DNA of 63,628 bases, the filler included, from Octopus bimaculoides (Eukaryota): NCBI RefSeq assembly GCF_001194135.2. It is 6 parts of 6 records of this genome, joined end to end, with 100 filler letters (N's around TTAATTAATTAA, not from the genome) between each part and the next. Parts side by side here need not be neighbours in the genome. Positions count along the whole stretch, not along the records: positions 46,911 to 55,686 come from NC_068989.1; positions 55,787 to 60,458 come from NC_068991.1; positions 60,559 to 63,628 come from NC_068987.1; 3 more parts are not named here. One strand, 5' to 3'. Numbering within the stretch: the first letter of the stretch is position 1; each line of letters starts with the position of its first letter. Below the pieces are notes generated by a model that worked only from the letters and a program-made list of their open reading frames with translations, did no database searches and was not told the origin of the DNA. This document shows positions 51,896-63,628 of the stretch, piece by piece. Both the position numbers and the translations under genes were made by a program.

Positions 51896-53686
51896 TCCTA
51901 TAGTTATTTTTTTTCAACTCCAGACGGATAAAACGCGAAGTCAGCTTCGGCGGAATTTGATCGCAGAACGTGAAGGCAGACGAAATATCGTCAAGCATTT
52001 TTCTCCGGCGTGCTGACGACTCTGCCAGCTCGCCACCTTCACCGGTGACAACGTTGATGATGAGTTGAAGATGACAATGTTGATGTCGAAGTTCCTCATG
52101 AACAAGGACAGCGTTTTCATTGTTGACGCTGTTAGTGTCGTCGTTGTTTGTGCATTTATTGTCCGTAATATTAATTACATTTATCAGTAATGTTTTTGCA
52201 TCTGTCGTCGTACTTGTTGTTGCCAATAAAAAGTCAAGCTTTTCCCACAGTTCTCTGCTTCTTTTTTTTTTCCTTTTAGAAACAAAAAACAAAAGACAAT
52301 ATTAAAACAAAAACATAAACACAAACATACAGAAAAAAACAAATCAAATAACGTCGAAGTTAATTGTTTGCCTTTGGTTGTCCTGGTTGTTTTTGTTTCT
52401 GCTTTTTAAGTATGTTGCTAAAAAAGATGGACGTAACAATGGATATTGTTAACAGACAAATGTTGAAGGAAAACCAGTGAAACAACAACAACAACAACAA
52501 CAAAAACAGCTGCCGTTCAACCTTGCAACGATATCAACAATAATAATTAACAAACGACAGAACCGGTACCTGGCCGTGTGATGTGCTAAACATGGCAGTC
52601 AAAATACTCGTTCAGAATTTTATATAACCGTCTTAAATATAATCCTATCTTAAATAAACCATATACATACATATACATACATTCATACATATATACATAC
52701 ATACACACATACATACATACATACATACATACTTACATATATATATATANNNNNNNNNNNNNNNNNNNNNNNNNNNNNNNNNNNNNNNNNNNNNNNNNNN
52801 NNNNNNNNNNNNNNNNNNNNNNNNNNNNNNNNNNNNNNNNNNNNNNNNNNNNNNNNNNNNNNNNNNNNNNNNNNNNNNNNNNNNNNNNNNNNNNNNNNNN
52901 NNNNNNNNNNNNNNNNNNNNNNNNNNNNNNNNNNNNNNNNNNNNNNNNNNNNNNNNNNNNNNNNNNNNNNNNNNNNNNNNNNNNNNNNNNNNNNNNNNNN
53001 NNNNNNNNNNNNNNNNNNNNNNNNNNNNNNNNNNNNNNNNNNNNNNNNNNNNNNNNNNNNNNNNNNNNNNNNNNNNNNNNNNNNNNNNNNNNNNNNNNNN
53101 NNNNNNNNNNNNNNNNNNNNNNNNNNNNNNNNNNNNNNNNNNNNNNNNNNNNNNNNNNNNNNNNNNNNNNNNNNNNNNNNNNNNNNNNNNNNNNNNNNNN
53201 NNNNNNNNNNNNNNNNNNNNNNNNNNNNNNNNNNNNNNNNNNNNNNNNNNNNNNNNNNNNNNNNNNNNNNNNNNNNNNNNNNNNNNNNNNNNNNNNNNNN
53301 NNNNNNNNNNNNNNNNNNNNNNNNNNNNNNNNNNNNNNNNNNNNNNNNNNNNNNNNNNNNNNNNNNNNNNNNNNNNNNNNNNNNNNNNNNNNNNNNNNNN
53401 NNNNNNNNNNNNNNNNNNNNNNNNNNNNNNNNNNNNNNNNNNNNNNNNNNNNNNNNNNNNNNNNNNNNNNNNNNNNNNNNNNNNNNNNNNNNNNNNNNNN
53501 NNNNNNNNNNNNNNNNNNNNNNNNNNNNNNNNNNNNNNNNNNNNNNNNNNNNNNNNNNNNNNNNNNNNNNNNNNNNNNNNNNNNNNNNNNNNNNNNNNNN
53601 NNNNNTTTGCTCGACTAAAGGCGCTGCTCCAACTTGGCCACAGTCAAATGACTGAAACAAGTAAAAAAGTAAAAGAGTAAAACAGA

Positions 53687-53728
<42 letters not shown>

Positions 53729-53782
53729 CTGTATGTGAGCAGAGTAATTCTCTTTTACTGACTTATTATTTAGCACACTCAC

Positions 53783-53878
53783 CGGTGAAGTTTGCCCTTC
53801 ATTTACTAATTTTTCTCTAAAGTTTCTGTTGCGTCTTTCAACCTTTTCATTAGTCGTTGACTTTGTCCGTTATCCGAG
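53783..53878 (-). pseudogene. Possible degraded exon (SDNGQSQRLMKRLKDATETLEKN**MKGKLH)
   Basis: Strong donor gtgagt and phase-2 entry fit the previous exon. Acceptor is weak, there are two stops, and the exit phase does not fit the next exon. Confidence 0.3.
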
Positions 53879-54385
53879 CTGCGCTCTTTTTGTTTGTGTG
53901 TGCGCATTTGTGTGGGTCAGTGTGTGTGCGCATACGCATATATGTATGTATGGATGCATGTGGGTGTATCTATGTGTGTGTGTGTGCGTATGTATATATG
54001 TATGTATGTGTGTACGCTTGCATATTCATGTGCTTGTGTGTTGGTGCTTGTCTGTTTTTCAGTGTGTGTGTGTTTGCATGTGTGTGCAACTCTGTCTCCT
54101 TGTGTGTGCATGTCTGAGTGTGTCTCTGTATGGGTTTTTGTGACTATGTACTGTGTCTGTCTATAGGGATGAGTGTCACCATATGTGTCTGTGTGAAGGC
54201 TACAGACATGTTGGGATACCATCGTTCGGTTTTTACACTTTCTTTATTTGAAACCTTCTTTGATAAGCGGGAATTGGTAAACGAGAGGGTTTGATGCTGC
54301 TGTCCCCATGAGCCTACCTCCAGCCATGAGGTAGGCTCATCTGGAATCCTTCATGAGAAGCTATTTAATTTTGTCTTGAACTCAC

Positions 54386-54539
54386 CTACATCTACACGAT
54401 GCTGGTCTCACGGGTATTTTGAAACGATATTGAAGAACTGTGCGCATTTGAAACTGATACTGCGGCAATATCGGGTTGTGTGTTGTGATGGCCACGATGG
54501 TATAAGACTTATTTTTGGCAGTGACTTCTAAGTTTCGGA
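54386..54539 (-). pseudogene. rGC-like exon, start of ectodomain (RNLEVTAKNKSYTIVAITTHNPILPQYQFQMRTVLQYRFKIPVRPASCRC)
   Basis: Acceptor gcctcgtag, donor gtgagt; 154 nt; only the phase 1-to-2 frame is open. Confidence 0.6.
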
Positions 54540-54574
54540 CTACGAGGCATTAAAGTTTTACAAGCATTTGTATG

Positions 54575-54643
<69 letters not shown>

Positions 54644-54719
54644 GTATATATATGAAATGTATATATATGTAATGTATATATATATATAGGGATACATATA
54701 TATATGTATATATATGTAT

Positions 54720-54791
<72 letters not shown>

Positions 54792-57460
54792 TTATATTAT
54801 TTTATAGATATTGTTATTAATTAACAATACTCGTAGACAGGCTAGACTCGAAGTGCTCAAGTTGAGCTAAGTTCGAATAAATAATTTGAGTGGAGGCAAT
54901 ACGAGCGGAAAACTAGAGGGACATGACCTATTATCCAGCAGAATATACAACATATATGTACACTTACTTCGACATTAAAAAAGCGGCATAAAGCTCAATA
55001 TAACAGAAGTATTAATAAGATACAAGCATATAGACATATACATATTTTTATAAGACGCAAATATCTAAAAATATTATATGTAAAATCATTTATAAATACA
55101 TAGGCATTTAAAAAAATATATAAATAAAATAAGTACAAAATGTACACATAATAAGATATAAAAACATCGATATTATTTAAAACATAGTGAGTTATAAGTT
55201 CACACGATATAATATAGAGGAAGAAAAATTTATAGGTCAGAATACAAGCACATAAAATATTTAAAAACTTAAATATTTAAATATATATAAAGACATTTAT
55301 AAATACATAGGCATTTTAAAATAGAAGACGTTGATATGAAATAGGATATAGTAAATTATTAATTCATACTATATGTTATAAGGACTAAAGATTTCAAGTT
55401 AGAACAAGAAGTGTGTGGAAATTGGAAAGTCAGACATTTTATAGCCTTCAACGGACATACTAGAATTAGTGACAATGTTCAATGGATCCACAAGTTTCAT
55501 CCAGGGGCCGTTTCGGAGATGAGTCAGGATTTTATATTTTAAAAGAACTAGACACTCCCCTCATCAGGATGCTCCGCAACACGAAAGACACCACGAAGAC
55601 AATACAAAAAAGGACAACTCACATAATCACGTTCCAACCAATTTGAATATATAGATATACATGTATATATATATATATATATATATNNNNNNNNNNNNNN
55701 NNNNNNNNNNNNNNNNNNNNNNNNNNNNNNTTAATTAATTAANNNNNNNNNNNNNNNNNNNNNNNNNNNNNNNNNNNNNNNNNNNNAAGGATAATCAAGT
55801 TAGACAGATCAATATATAAAGTATATTATATGTATGAAATATAAAAAATATATACATGTTAACATATGAAAAGGTCTGGCTTACACAGAATACAAATAAT
55901 ATAGAGAATATAAAGGGTTGAAGAAAAGTATTATAAATCCAACAGCTGTTTCTGGGGGCTCAGGGGTCCAAAATAATGCTTGTAGATTGATTCCATTGTA
56001 GGATGAGACGAGCCTCTGTCTTCAGGGAAGAGATTTTACATTTGAGGTGTTAAAGGAAAGAAGTTCAAAGATGGAATGATTTTGTGGAGAGCTAAGTGTA
56101 TTAGAGGTTGGGAATTGGGGAGGTATTCAGATAGGGAATAGTGAGAGGAGAAGATAAATTTCAAGAGTGAGGAGTTAATAAGGAGGCTAGTAGGGAGTTA
56201 TAGCAGTAGAGGTGGAAGGTAGAAAGAAGAGGGAGGGTGTTGTAAGTAGTATGTGAATGGTAATCTTTTATGTTAGTTTGTATAAAGGGTATAGAATTAA
56301 TGGTTGAGATAGATAATCGCCATTCCTATTCCCTTTCTCACTATCTCAACCATTCTTCTCACATTAATGCATTAACCAAATTTTCAAAAATATGGAGAGC
56401 AGTATTTTGCAAGTCAAAAGTGAATGGTTCAAGAACTCAAAACCTGAAGATTTTTATAGATTTCATTGAGTTACCAGATATGTCTACCTTCAACAATGAC
56501 CTGGCAAAATTCTGCATACCAGCAAAAGTTTATAATAAATATGTTTCCCAAAAATATGAAAATTATGTTATATCATATTGACTAATGCAGAATCCTTAAA
56601 GCATCAGAAAAAATATCTTGTATTTCTTTAATTTTTTTATATTCTGGCTTCAATTCCAGCCTTTCATCTTTTCAGGGTTGCTAAAAGAAAGTACCAATCA
56701 AGTAGTGGGGTTGATAATATCAGCTAAACTCCTTCCCTCAGTATTGACTTCAAAGTTTGGCACAAGGCCAAACTGAGAACATAAAAACAGACACAATGCC
56801 ACTAAGCATTTTTCTCAGTGCAGTAACAATTTTGCCAACTCACCACCTTTTCTTCCCTCAAAACTGCTCACCTTGTGCCTAAGCTAGAAACATTGTTTTG
56901 TCAAGAAGTGTGACCTCACTTGGACAGAGACCATTATATCATATCACATTTCAAAATATATTCCTTTGCAATTGAAGAACAAGATTTGGCTATTAAATAC
57001 CTCCTGAACGAAAAGAAATAGTGAAGCTGTTAAGCATACAAGATAGAATCAAAACAGCTATATATCTGTGAAAGATATCATTCATATAATCACCAGCTCT
57101 CCAACAATGTTTCTGAGATGCTATTACTTTCCTAGGTGGCATGAATTGCTAAAACAATTTATAATGTTCTTCATATGTTTCTTGATTCGTTCTTTACTAT
57201 CAATCTCTGATGTTCTGGAATGGCTATTAGTTATATACAATGCCTTTTTGTTCAGTTTGCATCAAATAAATATCAGCCACAAGATATTGATGAACTTGAG
57301 ATGATGGTAGTAGGATCAAATCAGAAACCATGCCACTGCAAACTAAGTGCCTAATGAGTAGGAAAACTCTCCATATAGGTTTTATATTCAAGCAAAGTTT
57401 ACTTTATAGCCATTATGATTATCCTATTTACAGATGATATATATATAATAATACGACAGA

Positions 57461-57840
57461 GGCGCAATGGCCCAGTGGTTAGGGCAGCGGACTCGCGGTC
57501 ATAGGATCGCGGTTTCAATTCCCAGACCGGGCGTTGTGAGTGTTTATTGAGCGAAAACACCTAAAGCTCCATGAGGCTCCGGCAGGGGATGGTGGTGAAC
57601 CCTGCTGTACTCTTTTACCACAACTTTCTCTCACTCTTACTTCCTGTTTCTGTTGTGCCTGTAATTCAAAGGGTCAGCCTTGTCACACTGTGTCACGCTG
57701 AATATCCCCGAGAACTACATTAAGGGTACACATGTCTGTGGAGTGCTCAGCCACTTGCACGTTAATTTCACGAGCAGGCTGTTCTCTTGATTAGATCAAC
57801 TGGAACCCTCGACGTCGTAAGCGACGGAGTGCCAACAACA
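57461..57840 (+). mobile_element. Full-length tRNA-derived SINE (family A)
   Basis: 5' tRNA-like A box (tggcccagtggt) and B box (ggtttcaattcc), central core caaagggtcagccttgtcac...gagaactac...cagccacttgcac, (AAC)n tail. Related copies at 49255-49629(-), 59400-59710, 60060-60180, 2700-2930(-) and 6780-6950(-). Confidence 0.88.
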
Positions 57841-57999
57841 TATAATAATATGTAACTAGCTGGACCCGTGAAAAATTCATGGAAAACATAAAAATGTAAG
57901 CATCTGTAAATTGTGTGCTGGTGCAATGAGAAATGTTTCTATATTGTGACAGTTACAGAATATAGAAAGAAGTGTAAAACTGGTTAATGGTAATAAAGT

Positions 58000-58262
58000 T
58001 TCAAAAAAAAAAGTCACAGAAATGAAGTCACAATTTTGGCTAGAAAAAAAGTCACAATTAATTTATGGTGGCTGGTAATAAAGTCACAGGAAAAAAAAGT
58101 CACAATTTATTTATGGGATCTGGACAAAACCTCCCTAGGACAAAACCTCCCTAGGACAAAACCTCCCTTGGACAAAACCCCCTCAGGTACCACCCCTTCC
58201 CCAGACAAAACCCCTGTGACTTTTTTTCCTGTGACTTTATTACTGTGACTTTTTTTTACCTG
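58000..58262. mobile_element. Foldback / MITE-like element with modular inverted repeats and internal 16-bp tandem repeats
   Basis: gtaataaagtcacaggaaaaaaaagtcaca (58075-58104) is mirrored at 58215-58243; further aaagtcaca modules lie upstream; ggacaaaacctcccta occurs about 4 times from 58122. Confidence 0.7.
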
Positions 58263-58639
58263 GATTCATAAAACCGATAACTACATAATCCAACCAAAAT
58301 ATTTGTTATACAGGCATAAACAGAATGACTATTTAGCCTAAAATACAACATACATATTCAAAGAATTTTCTTGGTTTATTGGTACAGAAAGTTCTTCTAG
58401 TATTCTTTTATTCTTTTACTTGTTTCAGTTATTTGACAGTGGCCATGCTGGAAAACTGCCCTTTAGTTGAAGAAATCAACCCTTGGACTTATTCCCTGTA
58501 AGCCTGGTGCTTATTCTATCAGTCTCTTCTGCCAAACAGTTAAGTTATGTGGATGCAAACACACCAACATTGGTTGTCAAACAATGGTGGGTGGGGACAA
58601 ACACAAACACACACGCATAAATATATACATCATCATCGT

Positions 58640-58826
58640 TGTCATCGTCGTTTAACGTCCACTTTCCATGCTGGCATGGGTTGGGTGGTTTGACTGAGGG
58701 CTGGCGAGCCAGAAAGCTGCACCAGGCTCCAGCCCAATCTGGCAATGTTTCTACAGCTGGATGCCCTTCCTAATGCCAACCACTCCGAGAGTGTAGTGGG
58801 TACTTTTTACGTGCCACTGGCACGTG
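58640..58826 (-). mobile_element. Short RTE-tail-like interspersed repeat
   Basis: tttaacgtcc.ctttccatgctggcatgggttgg...ggatgcccttcctaatgccaacc; similar pieces at about 13575-13700 and 19160-19260. Confidence 0.6.
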
Positions 58827-60419
58827 TATATATANNNNNNNNNNNNNNNNNNNNNNNNNNNNNNNNNNNNNNNNNNNNNNNNNNNNNNNNNNNNNNNNNN
58901 NNNNNNNNNNNNNNNNNNNNNNNNNNNNNNNNNNNNNNNNNNNNNNNNNNNNNNNNNNNNNNNNNNNNNNNNNNNNNNNNNNNNNNNNNNNNNNNNNNNN
59001 NNNNNNNNNNNNNNNNNNNNNNNNNNNNNNNNNNNNNNNNNNNNNNNNNNNNNNNNNNNNNNNNNNNNNNNNNNNNNNNNNNNNNNNNNNNNNNNNNNNN
59101 NNNNNNNNNAACTAAAAGACATGAAAAACTAAGAAAGAAGGTGAATAAGTACCGGTGGTGGGGGAAAGAAGAGAGAACTAACAGTCAATCATACTAGAAC
59201 TCTTAGAATAAAAATGTAAACGCCTGAAAGACTTTCCCTTTATTCATTACTAAATGTCCTTCCCTCTTCTTCATTATTAAAAGTAAAGAAGCTAGGAAAG
59301 ATCGATCATATTTCAGTCTAATTGTCATTGTAAATGACTGAGGCTTTCCTTTCTCTATCTCTATTGCTTCACTCCTTTTCTTTACAGTTAAGAGAGTGAA
59401 GGTGTGTGGCTCAGTGGTTAGGGGTATTCAGCCCACAATCGCAAAGTCATGAGTACAATTCCTTGTGGTGAGCTATGTTTTTGAGCAAGGTACTCTACTT
59501 CACCTTGCTGCAGTCCACTCGGTTAGCAAAAAAGAGTTGTAATTCAAAGGGGCCAGCCTTGTCACATTCTGTGTGAGGCTGATTCTCCCTGAGAACTACC
59601 TTATGGTATGCATGTCTGTGGAGTACTCGGCCACTTGCATATTAATTTTACAAGGAGACTGTTCGTTGATCAGATAAACAGAAACCACGTCATAGTAACT
59701 GACAGAGTGCCATGTTTTAAAAAGAGTGAGAGGAAAGAAAATGTTCCATATCATAAGGCAAAAATGTCATGCTTTAATTATAAGCAGTGAAAGTTATGAT
59801 GAAATAATTGCTATTCCATCATGTATTCACCCTTGACTCACTCTCAGTTTGATAACAAAAGTCTGCACATCGGTGTTTATCTAAGGGCTTAGCCTCCAGA
59901 TCTGTGAGACCCACAAATGCCACTGTTAGGACTGGATTAACACCCATAGTGACCCTAACAACTAAAACGATTTTCCTCTCCCTATATAGGATCTTTTATC
60001 GTTTTCTTCCAACCATTGGAAGGTTTATCTTGCTCCAGTCCACTCAGCTGGCCCAAATGAGTTGTAGCTGTAATTCAAGGGGGCCAGCCTTGTCATATTC
60101 TGCGTGAGGCTGAATCTCCCTGAGAACTACATTAATGATATGCATGCCTGTGTACTCAGCCACTTGCGAGTTAATTTTATCCTTGTGTGGTAATGAAAAG
60201 TGAAAATGATATCCAATATTTGCTGTCTATGTATCTATAGTCTCTCTCACTTTCTCTCTTTCTCTTTCACTTCCTTTGTATCCCTCCTCTCTCCTGCTTT
60301 TAATTTAACAATGTGTATATATATCTATGTATGAACTTTTACTTTGATCTATGTATCTACTTTTCTTGCGATGTGATAAACACTTAAAAACACAAAACGA
60401 ACGCCATCACCATTCACTG

Positions 60420-60458
<39 letters not shown>

Positions 60459-63334
60459 NNNNNNNNNNNNNNNNNNNNNNNNNNNNNNNNNNNNNNNNNN
60501 NNTTAATTAATTAANNNNNNNNNNNNNNNNNNNNNNNNNNNNNNNNNNNNNNNNNNNNTTTCCATAGTTTTCAAATGCAAGGGAAATTTTCCTTTTTTTC
60601 TGTCTGTCACTGTCTCTCTTTTTCACTCTTGTGGGTTATAGGTAGTTGCTGATGTCCAAAGGAAGATACTTAAGGATCTTGCTACCAAGGCTGCAGGAGG
60701 TCAAAATTTCCCCTAAAAGGAAAAAAGGGAGAGAAAAGAAAGTACATACATACATACATACATACATACACACATACGTACACACACACAAATCTGTGTA
60801 TATGTATGCCTATATCTCTCCGCTTGTTTGTTGGATCAACAAACACATACTCGATCTAGCAAGAGACAAGTATCATATCATGAATACATGATTTACATGC
60901 GGGGTAAGTGCAGTAATTGGAGACTGTATAACATATCGTGCGTGATTCTCCAATCGTTCAGCCTCAGACAGCATCGGTATTCCAAGAGAAAATGCGAGGA
61001 AACAAGATAAGATAATACAAGAAATATACGAGAAGAAAATGTCAAGGGAAAATGAGATAAATGTTATTTCGCTCTAGCCCAAATATCACTGATGTTGAAT
61101 GTGTACATCTAAAAGAAAACTATACCTGTTGGGTGTAGCCGAATAGGGGCAAGGCTAATGTAACTTAAACTGTGTGTCTACTCCAGTTCGATAAAGGAAA
61201 CTTGTGGACATGCATACATCTTGAAAAAATTATGATCCCGAGTTTAGGAGGTTCGTGTAGTTCTTCGATCTAATATGAATATATTTTCTTTCAGTTAGTC
61301 AGACTCTACACTTTTTAACTAGTTAATGATCTCAAAGATCTCTCAAAAATACTCCACTAGAGGCGTGTCCTAAAATGCTCCACTTGAGGCGTGTCTTAGA
61401 TATAACTTACTACTAGCTTTATGCTGCTGTTTGTCTACAAGCTTGATTGAAGTCTGGTGCACGACGTAACGTTTTGAATAACTTCCGCACATTCCGTTAT
61501 ACATTTTTCTTCAGTTCCTTTATTTCGTGAGAAAAAGGTCACCCCGGCTTCTCAAATTTTGCTATAGAAGCCTGTCGCAAATTTGGCTATACAAGCCCGT
61601 CGCAAATTTGGCTATACAAGCCCGTCTCTGTCTCTCTCTACTGCCAATAAAGAATGCAATGCTACGTAATTCAGTTAAATTTAACCTTATAGATAGCAAC
61701 ATAATAAACGGCTAGAACTTCCACAGGCATCATCATAATTTTCTCCGCTATCATCATTACCATGACTCAAAGAGAGAACTTTCGAATTAATTGCTGAATG
61801 TGCTAGAAACAGAAACTAGTCTTCGCTTGAAATATAACCCTCCTTACATAAGGCGAGATCCTGTGGATAATGCAACTCTATGTATAGTATGACTGATACA
61901 AACAGGAGCTGGCACTTGGGCCAAGATTGCAATGTATATCCACCATATATAGCACCAACTTCTCCTTTTCCACTTCCCGCTCTACCTCCGCCATCAACGT
62001 CGTCGTCGTCGTCATCATGATCATCATTACTATGGAAAACAACAGAGTTTATCAATCTCTGTATCAACAGTGATCCTTGCCGTAGTATACGCCATTAGCG
62101 TCAGAACCATCCATAATGCTACCGACACAAAGAGGACGGCGACCACCAAAAGCCGATAATCACCGCTCGCCACCACGAAAAGCACCATCTATGTAAAGAT
62201 CGCCTCCACCCTACCGTCACTCTCACCAACAAAACCACTGTCAAGAAAGTAACCCTCTGTTATCAACGCCAAAACCTACATCACCAACAAATAAACCGTC
62301 ACCAAAACCAACCNNNNNNNNNNNNNNNNNNNNNNNNNNNNNNNNNNNNNNNNNNNNNNNNNNNNNNNNNNNNNNNNNNNNNNNNNNNNNNNNNNNNNNN
62401 NNNNNNNNNNNNNNNNNNNNNNNNNNNNNNNNNNNNNNNNNNNNNNNNNNNNNNNNNNNNNNNNNNNNNNNNNNNNNNNNNNNNNNNNNNNNNNNNNNNN
62501 NNNNNNNNNNNNNNNNCACTAGCACCACGATCACCAGCACCAGCACCACCACCAGCACCACCACCACCAGCACCACCACCACCGTCTCCACCATCCCCCC
62601 ACCAAATCGAAACCACTATCGCCACTACCAATATTAATAAGCCAATAAAAGCAGTATCTATCACAACATCAAGGACTACTTCCAACATGATTGCCACAAA
62701 AAAGACTTTCATCCACTCACCTCTTTTCCCTACCATCAGAAACAGCCCCACACTACCACCACTACGATCACCATCACACCCAAGACCAATACCATGAAAA
62801 TTACAATTACTGTCACATCCACCACTATTAACTACTCCTGACAAAAATAGATCTAGTAGCTTGACCTGCTAGAAATACCAGTCTGTTTCACTCGCCTTGA
62901 AAACTGAATAAATTACAAAATTCGGTTCGAAATATCCAACTCAAAAATATAGACAGGATGGTCATGGGTGAATTGTCTTCCATCCGCTTAATTGCAGCAA
63001 CAGTTGCATTAAAAGGCACCTACAATACAACTCTATAATACTATCACTACTTGCATAATCTGCAATGCAACACAGCATCATTTCTAACACTATCAGGCAG
63101 TAACAATATTAAGAGATGTAGTGTCTGGCTTGGTGATAGCTGCAGCAACAGCGGCAGCAGTTATAGTAAACTGAAGAGAAGATAAACAAGATAGTGGAAT
63201 AGACATTATATCAATGCTGGTAATATATTGGGACATCTCTAGATGGCATCTCTGTTTCAATTATTGTATAAGAAACTCGCTGTATTTTACCACTGGGTCT
63301 TTTATGATAAGAAAGATAACTAGATAATTCAGAA

Positions 63335-63372
<38 letters not shown>

Positions 63373-63628
63373 TAGATATATATATTTACGTTTGTAAGTA
63401 TGTTTGTAAGTATACATACATTTGTATTATACGTGTGCGCCTGCTCATCTTCTGTCATACACACACTCAAACACACACACGCGCACACACGCACACAAAC
63501 TTATAGACAGGCAGACACACAAACGCATACACATGCCCGCGTTTGTATGTGCATGCATGATAACTATGCATATATGCATACATACATACATACATACATA
63601 CACATATATATATATATATGTATATATA

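Noticed and set aside
56440-56530. Minus-strand TFAGMQNFARSLLKVDISGNSMKSI, LRR-like
   Set aside because: Single repeat bounded by stops with no convincing splice sites.
57461-57535. tRNA gene
   Set aside because: The tRNA-like head runs into a SINE body found in multiple copies; no CCA-proximal acceptor stem or poly-T terminator.
61354-61625. Short tandem duplications (about 26 bp at 61354, 25 bp at 61573; also 24 bp at about 36592) as CRISPR-like repeats
   Set aside because: Only two adjacent copies with no spacers, in a eukaryotic context; ordinary slippage duplications.

Overview
AT-rich, gap-ridden animal DNA dense in microsatellites and tRNA-derived SINEs. The repeat content suggests a cephalopod, probably Octopus (inference). 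(1) + strand, 6263-21110: seven GT-AG exons splice in frame into about 265 aa of an MFSD5-type MFS transporter. Its first coding exon and C-terminal exons were not found in the sequenced bases. (2) - strand, about 23.9-54.5 kb: a chain of short exons, mostly absent or mis-framed in the ORF track, with the domain order of a receptor guanylyl cyclase (ANF-receptor ectodomain, TM helix, kinase-homology domain, probable cyclase). It carries at least 8 in-frame stops but keeps most splice sites, so it reads as an unprocessed pseudogene. (3) Mobile elements: a full-length IR/DR Tc1, an internally deleted mariner, Helitron helicase, RTE, Penelope-like and R4/Dong-like fragments, a hammerhead-like core inside a perfect 35-bp inverted repeat, a foldback element and many SINEs. 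CpG decay in repeats differs between the MFSD5 body and the pseudogene region. All protein assignments come from my manual translation and remembered motifs; no database search was run.
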